This document shows, in pieces, positions 29,090 to 39,755 of a stretch of DNA of 64,000 bases. Below the pieces are notes generated by a model, which was not told the origin of the DNA, did no database searches, and was given only the letters and a program-made list of their open reading frames with translations. Origin of the DNA: Candidatus Aminicenantes bacterium (GTDB lineage Bacteria; Acidobacteriota; Aminicenantia; Aminicenantales; JAFGBC01); the NCBI GenBank assembly GCA_963702005.1, contig OY969696.1, forward strand, positions 1,344,001-1,408,000, in the 5' to 3' direction. The position numbers were made by a program, and so were the translations under genes. The first letter of the stretch is position 1. Each line of letters begins with the position of its first letter.

Positions 29090-30070
29090 TCAGGCCATCA
29101 AGCTGCAGATGGCCGCCACGTTGACGATGTCGTCGACCGAGCAGCCGCGGGACAGGTCGCAGTAGGGTTTGCGCAGCCCCTGGACGATGGGCCCGACGGC
29201 CTCGGCCCCGGCCAGGCGTTCGGTCAGCTTGTAGCCGATGTTCCCGGCGTCGAGGTCGGGGAAGATGAGGACGTTGGCCTTGCCGGCGACCGGGCTTCCC
29301 TTGCTCTTGCGCTCGCCGACCGAGGCGACCAGGGCCGCGTCGGCCTGCAGTTCGCCGTCGATGAGGAGGTCGGGAGCCTTGTCCTTGGCCAGCTTGGTGG
29401 CGCGGATGACTTTGTCGACGTCCTCGTGCTGGGCCGAGCCCTTGGTAGAGAAGGACAGCATGGCGACTCGGGGCGATTCGCCGGTCACGGCCTGGAAGTT
29501 GCGGGCCGAGGTCAGGGCGATGTCGGCGAGCTGGGCATCGGTCGGGTTGGGGACGACGGCGCAGTCGGCGTAGCAGAGGAGCTTGTCGGGGAAGACCATG
29601 ATGAAGTAGCTCGAGACGGTCTGGATGCCGGGGGCCGTGCCGACTGTGTGGATGGCGGCCCTGATGACGTCGCCGGTCGCGGAGACGTTGCCCCCGACCA
29701 CGGCGTCGATCTTGTCGGTCGCCAACATCATGCCCGCGAAGTAGAGGGAGCTCTTGAGGGCTTCGGCGGCCTGGTCCTTGGTCCAGCCCTTGGCTTTACG
29801 CTTCTCGAAAAGCTGGTCGCCGAACGCGGCCTTGAGGGGCGAGGTCGCCGGGTCGACGATCTCAACGCCGCCCAGGCTGAGTCCATTCTCGGCAGCGATT
29901 TTAGGGATGGCGTCCGCGTTTCCGACCAGGAGGGGGATGCCGATCTTCTCGGCGGCCAGGGCCAGGGCGGCTTTGTGGGTCCGGACATCCTCGGCGTCGG
30001 GGAAGGCGATCCGCAGCTTTTTCTTAGCGGCCCTGGCGCGGATGTCCTTGATGAAAGTGTTTCCGCTCAT
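29090..30070 (-). CDS. pta: Phosphate acetyltransferase
   Basis: ADCAVVPNP, AMLSFSTKGS, DGELQADAA, FPDLDAGNIGYKL, DLSRGCS. Confidence 0.95.
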   Translation of the reverse strand: MSGNTFIKDIRARAAKKKLRIAFPDAEDVRTHKAALALAAEKIGIPLLVGNADAIPKIAAENGLSLGGVEIVDPATSPLKAAFGDQLFEKRKAKGWTKDQAAEALKSSLYFAGMMLATDKIDAVVGGNVSATGDVIRAAIHTVGTAPGIQTVSSYFIMVFPDKLLCYADCAVVPNPTDAQLADIALTSARNFQAVTGESPRVAMLSFSTKGSAQHEDVDKVIRATKLAKDKAPDLLIDGELQADAALVASVGERKSKGSPVAGKANVLIFPDLDAGNIGYKLTERLAGAEAVGPIVQGLRKPYCDLSRGCSVDDIVNVAAICSLMA

Positions 30071-30177
30071 CGCTCGCTCCTATCTTGAACTGAAGTCGAT
30101 CTCATCATTTCCGGGGGACGTCCCGGACGGCTTGACGGGAATAAAAGATTTATTTTAGCCAATTCGGCTTCCGTAAT

Positions 30178-30642
30178 TCAGCACCCGCGGCCTCGGGCCC
30201 GGCGAGACGACGAGGCCGGCCGAGGCCGGGCCGCTTTCGTCGCCTTCGGCTTTCCGGCCAGGGCCGTCCGGATCGCCCGGAGAAGTTCTTCGTCGATCAG
30301 GGGCTTGCTGAGCCAGACGAAGGAATCCTTAGACTTCCGGGGGCGCCTGAGGCCGGGACTGACGAAGGCCGTGATGAAGATGACGGGGATCCGGTAGCGG
30401 GCCTGGAGGCGTCGGGCCGTTTCGATGCCGTCGATCTCCCCTTTGATCGTGATGTCCATGAGGACGAGGTCGGGGCGGTCGACCTCGGCCGCGGCCAGGG
30501 CCTCGGCCCCGGAGGTCACCAGTCCGGAGACCCGCCAGCCCAGGGCTATGAGTTTTTCCCTGATCTCCATGGCGACGATGACCTCGTCCTCGACGATGAG
30601 GATGGAGGCCTTCTTCGACCGGCTCGGTTTCTTGGCGGCCAT
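30178..30642 (-). CDS. Single-domain response regulator
   Basis: ILIVEDE, DLVLMDI, IFITA and SKP motifs; TTGAAG-17-TATAAT promoter at 30694-30722 supports the later start. Confidence 0.85.
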   Translation of the reverse strand: MAAKKPSRSKKASILIVEDEVIVAMEIREKLIALGWRVSGLVTSGAEALAAAEVDRPDLVLMDITIKGEIDGIETARRLQARYRIPVIFITAFVSPGLRRPRKSKDSFVWLSKPLIDEELLRAIRTALAGKPKATKAARPRPASSSRRARGRGC

Positions 30643-30726
30643 CTCCGCTGCGATCCTCTCTGATAACGCCCTTGATCCTTGAAATAAAGGGGAATTATAC
30701 GTTTTTTCGGATTCCGCTTCAATCAC

Positions 30727-30781
30727 AATTCTGGGGACACACGACTTAATTCGGCGAATTAAGTCGTGTGTCCCCAGAATT
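30727..30781. repeat. REP-like near-perfect palindrome (family R1)
   Basis: 27-bp arms around a 1-nt centre, 2 nt downstream of the GH3-fusion stop codon. Confidence 0.9.
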
Positions 30782-30783
30782 TT

Positions 30784-33700
30784 TTAAAGGATGCGGAAGG
30801 GGCGGCTGCGGACTTCGACCCGGCCCGTCAGGACTCCGGTCGTGGCCGCGTCGGCCCGGCCCGTAAAACCGGGCTGCTTGCCGCCGACAGCGATCTCGAA
30901 CAGGCCCGGCTCGACGACGCGCGCGCCGTCCTTGTCGATGAGCGACAGCTGGCGCGGCGTCACCGTGAACCGGACGGTTCGCCTCTCGCCCGGCTGGAGA
31001 TGGATGCGCCGGTACCCTTGGAGGGAACGGATCGGGACCGGAACCGAGGCCTCGAGGTCGCTTACGTAGAGCTGGACGACCTCGTCCCCGACCCGAAAGC
31101 CGGCGTTCTTGACGTCGACCGTCACGGCCAGGTCGGCCCCGGCTTCGACGGATTCGGGAAGCTTGAGGTTCGAATACTCGAAGGTCGTGTAGCTCAGGCC
31201 GTAGCCGAAGGGATAGAGCGGCTCCCCTTTGAAATAGCGGTAGGTCTGTCCGACCATCCTGTATTCCGTGAAGGGGGGGAGGTCGGCCGCCGCTTTGTAG
31301 AAGGTCACGGGGAGCCTTCCGGAGGGATTCGCGTCTCCGAACAGGACGTCGGCCAGCGCGGTCCCGGCCGCCTGCCCCGGATACCAGGCCTCGACGACGG
31401 CCGGCACGTTGTCGGCGGCCCAGTTGACGGCCAGCGCGCTCCCGTTGAGGAGGACGAGTACGACGGGCTTTCCGGCGGCCTGGATTTTCTGGAGGAGGTC
31501 CTCCTGGAGCCTGGGGAGGTCGAGCGTGATCCTATCCCCGCCGGCGAAGCCTTCGACCGGCACCTCCATCTCCTCGCCTTCAAGCCGAGGAGAGAGGCCG
31601 AGGACGACGATGACGGCGTCGGCCTTGCGGGCCGCCTCAACCGCCTCCAGCGCCGGATCGGGCCCGGGGACGGCCCACAGGAGCCTCATGAAGGCATCGC
31701 TCGACCGGTGGAAAAAATCGACCTGGAGCTTGGCGAGCCGATGCGCCTCGAGCTTGACCGGGCCGCAGCGCTTCTCGGATTGGTGAGAGCCGTCGAACTC
31801 GGCGACGAGCTTGTCGTCGAGCCGGATCCGGAAGCCGTTGAACCCTTCGCCGCCCAGCCAATAGGTCCCGCTCACGGGCGGGACGAGGTATCCCGTCCAG
31901 CGGACGCTGAAGTCGTCGTCGTCGAGGCCGGATTGGGGCGCCCTATCCCACCAGTTGAAATCGACCTTGGGGTCGATCCTGGCCAGAACGGGCGCGCCCT
32001 TGAACTCGCGGTTGCCGAAGTATTCGGCGCGGAGCCCCCCGGGCGCTCCCGAGGCCGGCCCGGACCGGAGCGCCGAGGACGGCACGACCGATAGAGCGGG
32101 CAGGTTCTCGGCCCAATCGCTTCCCAGCGCGTAAAGGACTTCGGTTGCCGCACCTGCTTTTTCGCGAATCCCGCGGAGCGGCGTCACGGGATCGGAGGGC
32201 GTTCCGTTATAGTTTCCGAGCAGGACTTCGACGTCGTCGGCGTTGGGGCCGATGACGGCGATCGTCTTGAGATCCTTCCGGAGCGGGAGCAGGTTTCCCT
32301 CGTTCTTGAGGAGGACGATGGACTTGCGGGCGGCCTCGAGGGCCAGCTCCCGGTGGGGAGCGGAGTCGACGACGGACAGCGGGATCGAAGCGTAGGGGAC
32401 GCGCTCGGCCGGGTCGAACATGCCGAGCTTGAACCGGGCCCGGAACAGGCGCTTGACCGCCGTGTCGATCTCCGCTTCGCCGATGAGGCCCTTCCGGACG
32501 GCTTCGGGCAAGCTCCGGTAGACGTTCCCGCAGTTCAGGTCCGTCCCGGACTTCACGGCCAACGCGGCGGCCTCGGCGTCGGTGGCGACGATCTTATGGG
32601 TCAGATAGATGTCGCTTATGGCGTTGCAGTCGGAGACGACGTAGCCCTCAAAGCCCCATTCCTTGCGGAGGATGTCGGTGAGGAGCGGGGCGCTCCCGCA
32701 ACAGGCCTTGCCCAGAGTCCGGTTGTAGGCGCACATGACGGAGAAGGCGCGGCCCTCGCGGACGGCCATCTCGAAATGGGGGAGGTAGGTCATCCGCAGG
32801 TCGCTGGCATCCACAACGGCGTCGAAGGTATGCCGGTCCGGCTCGGGGCCGCTGTGGACCGCGAAGTGCTTCGGAGTCGCCACGAGCTTGAGGTAACGGG
32901 GATCGTTGCCCTGGAGACCCTTGATGAACTCGACGGCCAGCGTCCCGGTCAGGTAGGGGTCTTCGCCGTACGTCTCCATGCCGCGGCCCCAGCGGGGATC
33001 GCGGAAGAGGTTGATGTTGGGCGACCAGAAGGTCAATCCCTGATAGATGCCGCGCTTCCCGCGTCGAACGTAGTCGTGATGCTTGGCCCGCGCTTCGTCC
33101 GAGATCGCCGTCGCGACCCGATAGAGCAGGTTGGAGTCCCAGGTCGCGGCCAAGCCGATCGCCTGAGGGAAGACGGTCGCCCGGCCCGAACGGGCGACGC
33201 CGTGGAGGCACTCGTTCCACCAGTTGTAGGCGGGCACGGCCAGCCGGTCGACGGCCGGCGCGTCGTGGACCATCTGGGACGTTTTTTCCTCGAGCGTCAT
33301 CCGCGAGACGAGGTCGTCGACGCGGCGTTCGATGGGCAGGGCGGGATCGAGGTAGGGTGTCTTTTCCTCCCGGCAGCGGCGGCAGAGCAGGACCCGGTCC
33401 CCGAAGACCTGGCCGATCAGGAATCCGCCCGGGAAGGGCGCCGCGACGCTCGAACCCGAGATCTCCCTTCCGTCGTCGAGATAGACTTCTTCAACCGTGG
33501 ACTCTTTGGGGCCGCGCGCAGCGATCCTCAAGACCTGGGAAGGGGAGGGGACGGCCGGGTCGGCGGCGTGCTTGACGAACTTCAGCATTTTGGGATGGGC
33601 GGCGATCCAGAGGCTTCCCGAAGCGTCGAGTTCGATGTTGTCGGGAGCGGATCCGATTTTAACCCTGAACGAGCGGGTCAAGCCTCCGGTCGCGGCATCG

Positions 33701-34425
33701 CGCTTGAAAACACGGATGGACCTGTCGGATGAACCGGCCACATAGACCGTCGCGCCGTCCGGGCTCATGGCGATCCCGTTGGCGTATCCGATCCCCTTGG
33801 CGGCGATAGTCATCCCGCGTCCGTCGAAGTAAAGGACAAAGGCCTTATCAAGGAACAGATAGTTCTCGAGCATCTGTCCGCGCGGCGTGCGGCTCCCATG
33901 GTCATTGGTGACATAGAAGCTCCGCGGCCCCACCGCCAGGACATCGTTGGGGCTGAACATGAGGGGATGGGAGATGGACTCGCGATGGAGAAGTGCGTCG
34001 CCCGCCACTTCGAAGATCTCGACGAAGGGACCCTCGGCGCGGTGGTTGACGGCGAAGAGGAGGGTCCGGCCGTCGGCGTCGATAAACAGGCTGATTCCGT
34101 GGGGGTGGAAATCCTGAGGTTCGGTCAGAGTCAATGGACGGAGCTCGGGGACTTCGGCCTTGGGGTCGAAGACGAATACCCGGCCCTTGACGTCCCGTCC
34201 GGCCGCGCGCGCCCGCCGATCGTCGCTTGAGACATAAGCGAGGCCGGTTTTGGGATGGATCGTGATGTCCTCGGGGCCCGGCATTCCCCCGATGACCAGG
34301 CGTTCGCAGCCGGTGTGGGGCTTGATCGTCTTGAAGGCCCCGGCCAAGTGAAGCGTCCGAACGGCCATGATTCCGATAAGGATAAGGATGACGGCCAAAA
34401 CGACGAGGATACGCTTGAGGATCAT
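30784..34425 (-). CDS. Paraoxonase/arylesterase (SMP-30-like propeller) fused to GH3 beta-xylosidase/glucosidase with PA14 domain
   Basis: N-terminal GPEDI, FHPHGIS, PNDVLAVGPRSFYVTNDH, ANGI and PDNI; then WWNECLHG, RDPRWGRGMETYGEDP, KHFAVHSG, VVSDC and the PA14 FSVRWTG motif. Confidence 0.88.
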   Translation of the reverse strand: MILKRILVVLAVILILIGIMAVRTLHLAGAFKTIKPHTGCERLVIGGMPGPEDITIHPKTGLAYVSSDDRRARAAGRDVKGRVFVFDPKAEVPELRPLTLTEPQDFHPHGISLFIDADGRTLLFAVNHRAEGPFVEIFEVAGDALLHRESISHPLMFSPNDVLAVGPRSFYVTNDHGSRTPRGQMLENYLFLDKAFVLYFDGRGMTIAAKGIGYANGIAMSPDGATVYVAGSSDRSIRVFKRDAATGGLTRSFRVKIGSAPDNIELDASGSLWIAAHPKMLKFVKHAADPAVPSPSQVLRIAARGPKESTVEEVYLDDGREISGSSVAAPFPGGFLIGQVFGDRVLLCRRCREEKTPYLDPALPIERRVDDLVSRMTLEEKTSQMVHDAPAVDRLAVPAYNWWNECLHGVARSGRATVFPQAIGLAATWDSNLLYRVATAISDEARAKHHDYVRRGKRGIYQGLTFWSPNINLFRDPRWGRGMETYGEDPYLTGTLAVEFIKGLQGNDPRYLKLVATPKHFAVHSGPEPDRHTFDAVVDASDLRMTYLPHFEMAVREGRAFSVMCAYNRTLGKACCGSAPLLTDILRKEWGFEGYVVSDCNAISDIYLTHKIVATDAEAAALAVKSGTDLNCGNVYRSLPEAVRKGLIGEAEIDTAVKRLFRARFKLGMFDPAERVPYASIPLSVVDSAPHRELALEAARKSIVLLKNEGNLLPLRKDLKTIAVIGPNADDVEVLLGNYNGTPSDPVTPLRGIREKAGAATEVLYALGSDWAENLPALSVVPSSALRSGPASGAPGGLRAEYFGNREFKGAPVLARIDPKVDFNWWDRAPQSGLDDDDFSVRWTGYLVPPVSGTYWLGGEGFNGFRIRLDDKLVAEFDGSHQSEKRCGPVKLEAHRLAKLQVDFFHRSSDAFMRLLWAVPGPDPALEAVEAARKADAVIVVLGLSPRLEGEEMEVPVEGFAGGDRITLDLPRLQEDLLQKIQAAGKPVVLVLLNGSALAVNWAADNVPAVVEAWYPGQAAGTALADVLFGDANPSGRLPVTFYKAAADLPPFTEYRMVGQTYRYFKGEPLYPFGYGLSYTTFEYSNLKLPESVEAGADLAVTVDVKNAGFRVGDEVVQLYVSDLEASVPVPIRSLQGYRRIHLQPGERRTVRFTVTPRQLSLIDKDGARVVEPGLFEIAVGGKQPGFTGRADAATTGVLTGRVEVRSRPFRIL

Positions 34426-34599
34426 GACATCCCTCCCCTCCGTACTATATCAAATTCGTCCGTCCTAGTCCTCAGCAACGGAAATCAGGCCCATCCTTTT
34501 TTGTACCCATTGGCCCTCAAGGCGCTCGACGCCCTCGAGCCGGAATTGAAATAGCGCGCCGCGACACGATTAATGTCGATCGGGGGTGGGGGATAAAGT

Positions 34600-35484
34600 C
34601 TATTCGGGATCCCGGACTTCAGGGACGGCCGCGTTCGCGCCGATGACCGTCTTTTGGGCGCTGTCCTCGGCGACCTCGCGAGATTTGTCGTAAAGGAAGG
34701 CCGACAGGAGGTAGTATTCCGCCGCTTCGGTATAACCGCCGCGCTCGCCGGCGGCGTCGGCTTGGGTCTCTCCCTCGCGGGCCCTATCGTAGAGCCAGGA
34801 CGCCGTTTCCCGGGCCTTGAACATATCGGCGCCCAACCGGAGCCCTAAGACGAAGCTCCTGAGGTGGGAGATGCCTTGAGCGTCGTCGCTCGCCCGCAGG
34901 CTCATTTCAAAGACGCTCTTAAGAAGGGAGTAGAGAGTCCGGGCGCCCGAAAAATCGTTCTTCTGGTAGGCATCGGCGGCGTCCTTCTCCTTCTCGACGG
35001 CGAGCCAATAGAGGAGGCCGCCTTCCTTGGCCACTCCCCCGGCTTCGGACTTTTTCCGGGCGGCTTCCATCTCGGTCCGCGCTTGGTCGGCTTTCTCACG
35101 GTCGCTGACGAGGGACATGAGCTTGCGCAGTTGCGATTCGCCTTTGCCGGCGATTTTCCGGGATTCGGCGGCCTTTCCTTCCTGGTGAAGCTTCTTGGCT
35201 TCCTCGATCTTGGAGTTGGCCTGTCCCCAAAGTTCCAGAAAGGGGCCCTCCGCGGGGAGCTGGACTTTGACGTCCCCCATGGCCTTCTCCAATTCCTGGA
35301 TGTCCTGGGGGGAGAGCTTTTTCACGCCCTCCTTCAGCAAGGGGGATAGGGTGTCGAATACTCTTGAAGCGGTCGCGTCCCTGTTCGGCGAAGGCTTCGC
35401 GCCTTCGGGAAATCTCATGACCGCGCGTCCGGCTTCATCCTGCGGACCGCTCCGCTGGATATAAATCCCCGCCGGCGCGGGGGG
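34600..35484 (-). CDS. Helical hypothetical domain: probable frameshifted C-terminus of the upstream kinase, or a separate ORF starting at 35418
   Basis: Open frame continues from the G6 tract at 35479-35484; an alternative ATG overlaps the kinase TGA. Confidence 0.5.
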   Translation of the reverse strand, partial: PPAPAGIYIQRSGPQDEAGRAVMRFPEGAKPSPNRDATASRVFDTLSPLLKEGVKKLSPQDIQELEKAMGDVKVQLPAEGPFLELWGQANSKIEEAKKLHQEGKAAESRKIAGKGESQLRKLMSLVSDREKADQARTEMEAARKKSEAGGVAKEGGLLYWLAVEKEKDAADAYQKNDFSGARTLYSLLKSVFEMSLRASDDAQGISHLRSFVLGLRLGADMFKARETASWLYDRAREGETQADAAGERGGYTEAAEYYLLSAFLYDKSREVAEDSAQKTVIGANAAVPEVRDPE

Positions 35485-36614
35485 AGAGTTTTGGGCTTGA
35501 CGCGCGATTTCAAGATGAGCCAACCGCAGGCGGCCAAGAGAAGGATCAGGGCGGGGTAGGCGATCTTTCGCAACTTGAGTTTGACCGTGATCTCCTCGGG
35601 AAGCACGCTCGTGCGGGGCGTCTGGCCCGCGGCCCTGGTCAGGCCGCGAGCGGGGGTCAGCCCCTGGCCGACTTTGTCGAAGTCGGCCAGCATGGCCTCG
35701 GCCGTCGGATAGCGGTTGAGCCGGGACTTCTCCAGGCACTTGAGGATGAGGCGGGCTATCCCGTCCGAAAGGGCCGGGTTGAGATCCCCGGGGTTGGGCG
35801 GACGTTCGTTCCGCTGTTTGATGGCGACGCTCAGGGCCGTCTCGCCCTCGAAGGGGACGCGGCCGGTCACCATCTCGAACAGGATGACGCCCAGGGAGTA
35901 GATGTCGGTGCGGGCGTCGACGTCCTTGGCCTCGACCTGCTCGGGCGACATGTACTCGGGAGTGCCGATGACGACGCCGGTTCCGGTCAGGCCGCGCGTC
36001 CGCTTGGAGAGGGCGATCCCGAAATCCATGATCCGGACGTTCCCCTCCCGGTCAATCATGATATTCTGGGGCTTGAGGTCCCGGTGGACGACGCCGACCC
36101 GGTGGGCCTCGGCCAGCCCCTCCGCGATCTGGCGGCCGATGGCGACGGCCTTGGCCTCGGTCAGGTGGCCCGAGCGGCGGACGAAGCTCTTGAGGTCCTC
36201 GCCGCCGACGAACTCCATGGTGATGAAGGTCGAGAACCCTTCCTCGCCGAGGTCGTACATCCGGCAGACGTGGCGGTGGGAGATCTGGCGGGCCAGCTTG
36301 ATTTCATTCCGAAAACGCTCGATGGTCTCCGAGTCGGAGGCGATCTCGGGCTTGAGGAGTTTGAGGGCGATTTTTTCCTTGATCCGTGTGTCGTAGACTT
36401 TATAAACGCGGCCCATCCCGCCTTTGCCGAGTTCCTCGATAACCTCATAGCGGTCCGCGAAGGTCGACCCCCGCCCGAGCACGGGATCGGGCGTCGCCTG
36501 GATGGTCCGGGTGTAGTCGTCGCCGGCGTCGGTGGCGCTTAGCAGGGGGCGGCCGCACTGGCCGCAATATCGCGTATTGTCGGGGTTGTCATGTTCGCAA
36601 TAAGGGCACCTCAT
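35415..36614 (-). CDS. Zinc-ribbon Ser/Thr protein kinase with TM helix
   Basis: CPYC...CGQC ribbon; GKGGMGRVY, HRDLKPQNIM, DFGIA, YMSPEQ. Confidence 0.9.
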   Translation of the reverse strand: MRCPYCEHDNPDNTRYCGQCGRPLLSATDAGDDYTRTIQATPDPVLGRGSTFADRYEVIEELGKGGMGRVYKVYDTRIKEKIALKLLKPEIASDSETIERFRNEIKLARQISHRHVCRMYDLGEEGFSTFITMEFVGGEDLKSFVRRSGHLTEAKAVAIGRQIAEGLAEAHRVGVVHRDLKPQNIMIDREGNVRIMDFGIALSKRTRGLTGTGVVIGTPEYMSPEQVEAKDVDARTDIYSLGVILFEMVTGRVPFEGETALSVAIKQRNERPPNPGDLNPALSDGIARLILKCLEKSRLNRYPTAEAMLADFDKVGQGLTPARGLTRAAGQTPRTSVLPEEITVKLKLRKIAYPALILLLAACGWLILKSRVKPKTLPPRRRGFISSGAVRRMKPDARS

Positions 36615-36730
36615 ACCTTTATCCCTTCCCCGCTCCCTGAGAATAACAACTTCGCAACCGAGAGTCAATCTCAGAGCCGGGTCGTTCTCGTCATCATATA
36701 TATATACGAGGGGAGGGCGCGAAAAGATGC

Positions 36731-38092
<1,362 letters not shown>

Positions 38093-38241
38093 TCAAAAAG
38101 GAATGACCGCGTGAGACTCCCGTCTTCCTCGGGCAGGCTCAGCCGATGAGGCTCGAGGATGCCGCCAAGAAAGATGAGCTCCGCCAGAAGTTCGAACAAG
38201 CGAAGTCTGAATCTCCGTCGCGATCATGACACTCTCTTTCT

Positions 38242-39738
38242 TCAACGGGAGAGATAAGCGTCGATCTGGGAGGCTGCGATCCGGGCGTCTCCCATAGCCA
38301 AGATGACCGTCGCCCCGCCCCGGATGATATCGCCGCCGGCATAGACGCCGGGGAGGTTGGTCGCCATCGTTGTCCAGTCGACTTCGACGTTTCCCCACTT
38401 GCCCATCTTGAGGCCCGGCGTCGTCTGGGGGATCAGGGGGTTCGGGCTCTGCCCGATGGCGCAGACGACCAAGTCCACCTCCATCGTGTATTCCGAGCCT
38501 TCGATCGGCACCGGCCGGCGCCGTCCCGATGCGTCCGGTTCGCCCAGCCCCATCTTTTGACATTCCATGGCCCGGACGCGGCCGAATTCATCGCCGAAGT
38601 AGCGGAGCGGGGTGGTCAACAGCTGGAATTCGATCCCCTCTTCCTCGGCATGGTGGATCTCCTCGTTCCTGGCCGGCATCTCCGTCCTCGAACGGCGGTA
38701 GACGATGACGGCCCGTTCGGCGCCCAGCCGCTTGGCCGTCCTCACGGAATCCATGGCGACGTTGCCTCCCCCGATGACGGCGGCCGTCCTGGCCTTGAAG
38801 ATGGGCGTGTCGTAGATCGGGAACTCGTAGGCGCGCATGAGGTTGGACCGGGTCAGGTATTCGTTGGCCGAATAGACGCCGATGAGGTTCTCGCCGGGGA
38901 TCTTCATGAAATTGGGGAGCCCGGCCCCCGAGCCGATGAAGAAGGCCTCGTAGCCCTCGGCCTTCAGGTCGTCGATCGTAGCCGTCATGCCCACGACGAA
39001 GCTCGTTCGGATTTCGACGCCGAGCCGCCGGAGGTAGTCGACTTCGGCCTTCAGGATGGCCTTGGGGAGCCGGAATTCGGGGATACCGTAGATGAGCACG
39101 CCGCCCGCTTCGTGGAGGGCCTCGAAGACGGTGACCCGGTGGCCGCGCTTGGCCAGATCACCGGCCACGGTCAGCCCGGCCGGGCCGGCGCCGATGACGG
39201 CCACCTTATTTCCGGTCGGGGCGGCGAGGGGCGGGATGTTCACCGTTCCGCTCGATCGCTCAGCGTCGGCCACGAATCGCTCCAAGTTCCCGATCGCCAC
39301 TGGGACGCCGGCGGCTTTCTTCATCGTGCAGACTTCCTCGCACTGGGTCTCTTGGGGGCAGACACGGCCGCAGATGGCCGGGAGCGAATTCGTTTCCTTG
39401 ATCTTCCAAGCGGCGGCCAGGAATTCGCCTTTTTCGATGAGCTTGACGAAGCTGGGGATGTCGATGGACACCGGGCAGCCCGTGACGCACTGGGGATTGG
39501 CGCAGTCGAGGCAGCGGCGGGCTTCGGCCTGGGCCATCTCGAGCGCCAAGCCGCGGTTGACCTCCTTGAAATCACGGTTCCGTTCCGAGGGATCGCGCTC
39601 CGGCATTTTCTGGCGGGGAAGCTTCATCCGTTCTTTGACGGGAATAGCCTTGCGCAGCTCCTTGCGCCAATCCTTGTCGAACTCCGCCTTGAGCCGTTCC
39701 CTCATCTCGGAGGTCAGTTCCTTTTTCTCCTCTGTCAT
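38242..39738 (-). CDS. nfnB: NfnB / GltD-like large subunit of NADH-dependent ferredoxin:NADP+ oxidoreductase
   Basis: RCLDC...CVTGCP, ICGRVCPQETQCE, GAGPAGL, YGIPEFRLPK, GGGNVAMD, GATVILAMG; adjacent to nfnA. Confidence 0.85.
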   Translation of the reverse strand: MTEEKKELTSEMRERLKAEFDKDWRKELRKAIPVKERMKLPRQKMPERDPSERNRDFKEVNRGLALEMAQAEARRCLDCANPQCVTGCPVSIDIPSFVKLIEKGEFLAAAWKIKETNSLPAICGRVCPQETQCEEVCTMKKAAGVPVAIGNLERFVADAERSSGTVNIPPLAAPTGNKVAVIGAGPAGLTVAGDLAKRGHRVTVFEALHEAGGVLIYGIPEFRLPKAILKAEVDYLRRLGVEIRTSFVVGMTATIDDLKAEGYEAFFIGSGAGLPNFMKIPGENLIGVYSANEYLTRSNLMRAYEFPIYDTPIFKARTAAVIGGGNVAMDSVRTAKRLGAERAVIVYRRSRTEMPARNEEIHHAEEEGIEFQLLTTPLRYFGDEFGRVRAMECQKMGLGEPDASGRRRPVPIEGSEYTMEVDLVVCAIGQSPNPLIPQTTPGLKMGKWGNVEVDWTTMATNLPGVYAGGDIIRGGATVILAMGDARIAASQIDAYLSR

Positions 39739-39755
39739 GGCCTTGGTCCGATTTT

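Noticed and set aside
29-30781. R1 repeats as a CRISPR array
   Set aside because: Copies are inverted pairs dispersed over 30 kb, not tandem direct repeats with spacers, and no cas genes are present
36696-36706. Short (AT)n run
   Set aside because: Too short, and no functional context is evident
38093-38227. Short ORF MIATEIQTSLVRTSGG... after nfnB, possibly a gene remnant
   Set aside because: Only 44 codons with a weak purine-rich RBS; no motif I can support
38242-39738. Glutamate synthase small subunit
   Set aside because: No gltB in the window, and adjacency to nfnA favours NfnB
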